This document shows, piece by piece, positions 58,994-64,000 of a stretch of DNA of 64,000 nt. The notes beneath the pieces are model-generated. The model saw nothing but the letters and a program-made list of their open reading frames with translations, had not been told where the DNA came from and searched no databases. Positions within the stretch are counted from its first letter, which is position 1. The number at the start of each line of letters is the position of its first letter. Position numbers and translations under genes: made by a program. The stretch is from the NCBI RefSeq assembly GCF_009914755.1, contig NC_060925.1; one strand, written 5' to 3'. The DNA is from the human T2T-CHM13v2.0 reference genome, Homo sapiens.

Positions 58994-61360
58994 AAGCACT
59001 GCCTCATAGAGATTATTCAGATAATGTATGAACTTAATTATTTCATATATGATTAACAAGCAGACCATAGGCCAGTGTCTGACTTTCACTGGGAGGTCTT
59101 GGCACCCTTCCTCACCTTGATGGTAAGGCCCCAGGACAAGGTGGAGAGGTAATCAAGGGCATCTTAGTTAGGATCAGTTGGCAATGAAAATGAACCAAGG
59201 TAATTAAAATACAATAAAAAGGGAATAGGAAATATGGGAAGCAATGGCAAAGAAGTGGTTTCCATTTGATTTCAGTGATGTGGGGGTTTAGAGGCCAGGT
59301 CTTAAATATATGTCACCTGTGTTCAAGTGAGCTGATAGAAGGACATCATCTTTCTTGGTACACAAAGAGACAAAGAAAAAATTTTTAAGAGTGCATCATC
59401 TAAGGCAATTAAATATGTATATGTGTGTATAAATAAGCATGTCTACCTCCTAGACACAAAGCTTTGGGTCCTGTATCTTGATTCCTTCTGTCTCTTTGTG
59501 CTCACCCCATCTTACTGCACTAGCCTTTTCTAAAACGCCAGTCTCTGTCACTACAAAAGAGACCCCAAGCCACCTCTTCTTCTCTTTACTCCAGCCCCGT
59601 GGTGACTCTTCTGTCTCTGAAGTGGGTGCCTTTGACACTTCTTATATTATTGTGTTATTCTTACACTGTTATTTTTCTCTATTTTCCTTATTCCTTGTCA
59701 CTCCAATCAGATCCTAACTTCTTTGAGTTCAGGAACTACCCTCTCTCTTTTTGGCAGGTCCTTGCATGGAGGGCCTGCAAAAGAATATATACATGAATCC
59801 ACAGCATGCTGCTAGGCACCCTAACCTTTTCCAGCCTCTGGTTGTCTTTGCTTTGGTTAATTAATATAATAATAATCTCCCAGGGTAGCCAATGAAGATA
59901 TCATCAGAATTAAATGAAACATAACATTATTTAATGTTTTCTGGGAATGGCAGACTAGGTAATTCTAACCCAACCTACTGAGGACAACTATTTAATAAAA
60001 TTCCTGGATTGAAACGTAATCCTGGATTAAAATCTTGGAAAGCATCAGAGCTAACATGAGAGAGAGGAATTACTGGGCAAAAATCTCAGAGAAAATAAGA
60101 ACCCAGAGAAGAGAGCCAACACTCAAAGCCACTTTTGCAATGCACATGTCTACCAATCCAGAAGAAACAGCTGTGAAATTAAACAGTGCTTTAAGTAGCT
60201 ACTTCAGGCAAGGAAGAGAAGCAAAAATCAAATCCAGGGTCCACAAAAGGTGAAGACTCTAATAAATTTTTTACTCCCAGCCCCACATACATACATGCTT
60301 TTGGCAGAGATTCTAAAAGACTACATCTTTAGGGGAAGGCCTGAAGTTAAATCAGGCCTTGACTTGGGGTTCCTATCATCTGAGTGGTTTGGGGAACTTC
60401 AAGCATTAGCCTTTGAAATAGGATTAGTTGAAGTCATGCAGTGCTTAGGTCAGTATCCTGGCTCCTAATTGGGAACTGTTTCCAACACCCCACCTGCTAC
60501 ATCTTGCAGTGTGGCACCGGACAGGATGAAACAACAATCCTCTCTGGAGAAGGATCCCCCATCTTCTTAGGCCTCAAGCTATTTCTACAGATTACTTTTT
60601 AAGTGCAATGTCCAGCACAATCAGAGATCACCAGGCTACCAGGAGACAAGACATGACGTGTGAGAACTAACAAAAGGAGTAGAAGATGCCCTATGTGATT
60701 AAATGAGATAGGACACATGATCATGCTTTCTAAAGCTTTTAAAAATACTATAAGGTTGAATGGTAGAAAATCTCAAAGACGAAGATTTAGTGTTTTTGTT
60801 CTGCACTGTGATTCACTGTGAGAATTTTTATCTTAAATAGAGAACTAGGATTTTCCTGTTAGATCAGACCAATAATGAAACATGTATACATTAATTACTA
60901 TATTTCTAGAAGCTTTTGTTTGTGTCAAGTTTTGCTGCCACCATCTGAGTGAATAATTTTTATTTGATTTTTGCATTGATTTCACTGTTCCATCTTTCTT
61001 TCTTAAATAGTACTACTAATATGAATAATAGTTAATACTCATTTGCTTTACAAATATTAACTCATTGAATTCTCACCGTATTTCTGTAAGATTGCTGCTA
61101 TGCAAATGAGAGAAACACTACATGTATTATAACCTGCCCAACATCACACAGCCAGAAAATGGCTTTAATCCAGACTGGTTTCATGTGTGTCATAAGCTGT
61201 CCCCTCATTCCTCATAAGATATTATATGTAGATCTCAGATAGTTTGAAGAATTTCTACTCCCAGCACTTGTGTTTATTGGCGCATGTCTTTACTGGTTCA
61301 TTCTTAGGACTGTAAGCTCCCTGAAGGGTGAGAATGTGGCCCTTTAGATATTAAGCCGCC

Positions 61361-61672
61361 GCCGGGCGCAGTGGCTCATGCCTGTAATCCCAGCACTTTG
61401 GGAGGACGAGACAGGTGGATCACGAGGTCAGGAGATCGAGACCATCCTGGCTAACACGGTGAAACCCTGTCCCTACTAAAAATACAAAAATAAGCCGGGC
61501 GTGGTGGCGGTTGCCTGTAGTCCCAGCTACTGGGGAGGCTGAGGCAGGAGAATGGCAGGAACCCAGGAGGCGGAGTTTGCAGTGATCCGAAGCCGCGCCA
61601 CTTCACACCAGCCTGGGCCACAGAGCGAGACTCCATCTGAAAAAAAAAAAAAAAGAAAAAAAGGAAAAAAAA
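61361..61672 (+). mobile_element. AluY-like
   Basis: AluY diagnostics. TSD aga(t/c)attaagcc(g/a)cc at 61346 and 61673. Confidence 0.92.
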
Positions 61673-61783
61673 AGACATTAAGCCACCATAGCTGACAGAT
61701 TGGCAGAGCCCGAGTGATGCCTTTGTTTGGGATGAGATAGAGTCTCCGCATTCTCAGGCCTGCTTTGTTTGCTTCTCTTTCAG

Positions 61784-61926
61784 AAAGTCCCACCATCATG
61801 CTGTCTGCTGGCAGCTTTTCCTCCCCCTATGAGCACCTCAGCCAGCCAGAGACAAAGCGCATGGTAGAGCACTACACCGCCTATCTCAGCGACAACACCC
61901 GCCTCATTGCTAACCCGGGCCTCAAA
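61784..61926 (+). CDS. CACHD1: CACHD1 exon (143 nt): ESPTIMLSAGSFSSPYEHLSQPETKRMVEHYTAYLSDNTRLIANPGLK
   Basis: Acceptor ctttcag|AA and donor AAA|gtaagc. Within ORF 61765..62004. Confidence 0.94.
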
Positions 61927-62586
61927 GTAAGCATTGGCGCAGAGCTCCATTTCTGGTGTCCCCCTCCACAGGCCCAGCAGGGGGTGCTGGCAGTGAACCT
62001 TTGAAGTAGGAAACCCAGCTCTGCATCTGTGCCTCTCAGCTGGAGAGCTGCAGAGTGTGTGGCCCAGGGGAGGCTGGTCAGCAGTGACTCTTCTGATGGA
62101 TGAAGAAGCCCCGTGGGCCACATGGAGAATCTGTTACAGGCCTTAGAAGCACTGGGGGTTTCCAGTGATGTTAGAGGGATGTGATTTAGAGACTAGTGAA
62201 ACTTTCCCAGCCCTGTCTTACCCAGAGGAAGAAGTAAAGTGCCCCTGCTGTCTCTCGAGATAAATATAAGTATAAAGTTTAAGGAACAAAGCTTTAGGGT
62301 TAGTGTGTATATATGTGTATATTAATGACTCGCTATAGGATTTTTCTTCTTAAACTCAGAAAGCCTAGGTAGGGTGAACAATTGAGTGATCACGCATCTG
62401 CTGACTGTATTTCTGCAAGCTTTTATTTTCACCAAGTTTGGTTGCATCCATCTGCTGTGGAAAGATTTTTAAAAAGTAATTCGGCTTGGCTTCTCTGCAA
62501 CAGAGCTTTGGGAACACTGCCAGCAGCCCACTCTCTTTTCATGTGAGTTTTAAAGGATCCCTGCTATGTCTTCCTTTGTTTCCCAG

Positions 62587-62768
62587 TTCTCTGTCAGAAA
62601 TGAAGTAATGGCTACCAGCCACGTCACAGATGAATGGATGACACAAATGGAAATGAGTAGCCTGAACACTTACATTGTCCGCCGTTACATAGCAACACCC
62701 AATGGCGTCCTCAGAATTTATCCTGGTTCCCTCATGGACAAAGCATTTGATCCCACTAGGAGACAATG
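62587..62768 (+). CDS. CACHD1: CACHD1 exon (182 nt): FSVRNEVMATSHVTDEWMTQMEMSSLNTYIVRRYIATPNGVLRIYPGSLMDKAFDPTRRQW, second dCache region
   Basis: Acceptor ttcccag|TTC and donor ATG|gtgagt. YIATxxGxxRxYP...FDPxxRxW is a dCache_1 motif. Confidence 0.95.
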
Positions 62769-63260
62769 GTGAGTTTTAGGGGCTTCCGTTATCAAAGGTT
62801 CTCCCCCAAATCCTGGAGAGACATGGTAAGTACATACAATAAAGCAACTTCAGGGCATTAAACTAAAGAAGATACTTTCATGGTGGTGAAAAATGTTCCT
62901 GAATAGTTTTTTCAGTGCAGCATTAACAACAGCTTTGTGGGGTTTTTTCTATCTAAAATGTTTTTATCTCATTGAAATTTTGAGCCTGAAATTCTTTATG
63001 CTTGGCAATTTTAATTCCTAGTGGTTTGTTTGATTCCTACCTTATGCAAAATGTGTCCCTACTGGATAGACTTCATTTTACTACACATGATTATGGAATC
63101 AAGTTACAGCTTATGTATGACCTGTGAAAAATGAACACACAAATTCAAAAACATTCTTTTACTTCTAGGCTTTTTTTTTACTTTAATTTTCAAAAGCAAG
63201 AGCTAACAATGTGCTATAGCATAGCAGGGGAGTCAACTGGACATAAGAACAGAAAATCTA

Positions 63261-63632
<372 letters not shown>

Positions 63633-63823
63633 TTAAAGTAAGAAGGAATTTCAGATTCTCTTTACTACTTGTGTTGATGCTACAGTCAGATACAAAAGAT
63701 GAGAATCCTTTTGCATTTCAGTGTAACACAAACAAAATTCATCCTAAATATTTTTAGACTTATAAGCTCACTTTTCTTTGAAATTTACAGAGTAGAGGTG
63801 CATACTTAAAAATAACATGACTT

Positions 63824-64000
63824 GGCCGGGTGCGGTGACTCACACTTGTAATCTCAGCACTTTGGGAGGCTGAGGTGGGCGGATCACGAGGTCAGGAGAT
63901 CGAGACCACGGTGAAACCCCGTCTCTACTAAAAATACAAAAAATTAGCTAGGCATGATGGCGGGTGCCTGTAGTCCCAGCTACTTGGAGAGGCTGAGGCA
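63824..64000 (+). mobile_element. AluY-like element with a 12-bp left-arm deletion, cut by the window end
   Basis: gagatcgagacca|cggtgaaaccc lacks tcctggctaaca. Confidence 0.85.

Overview
Primate, most likely human, intronic/exonic genomic DNA covering the middle of CACHD1 (VWA and Cache domain-containing 1, an alpha2delta-like CaV3 modulator) on the + strand. I reconstructed 12 consecutive GT-AG coding exons between 932 and 62768. They total 1866 nt and splice into one open frame (...FDGNFNTNVSRTISC...DHGAS...AFDPTRRQW...); the gene's start and end lie outside the window. Most entries in the ORF track are spurious or derived from Alu, L1, THE1 or Tigger elements. The introns hold about 22 Alu elements or fragments, L1/L2/MIR remnants, a two-LTR THE1-family MaLR, Tigger1, a MER47-like element and hAT MERs. 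The main unexplained structures are: (1) an 11-copy ~46-bp minisatellite with six perfect GTCTAGAC Smad palindromes interleaved with E-boxes; (2) a ~260-bp non-Alu inverted duplication inserted into a MIR with template-switch scars; (3) a 22-bp hairpin whose 3' arm also pairs perfectly with a paralogous copy 2.3 kb upstream; (4) a 223-bp direct duplication bracketing two VWA exons; (5) a THE1 element with discordant LTRs and no TSD. I see no novel protein-coding system. All functional interpretations are hypotheses, and repeat subfamily names are from memory.
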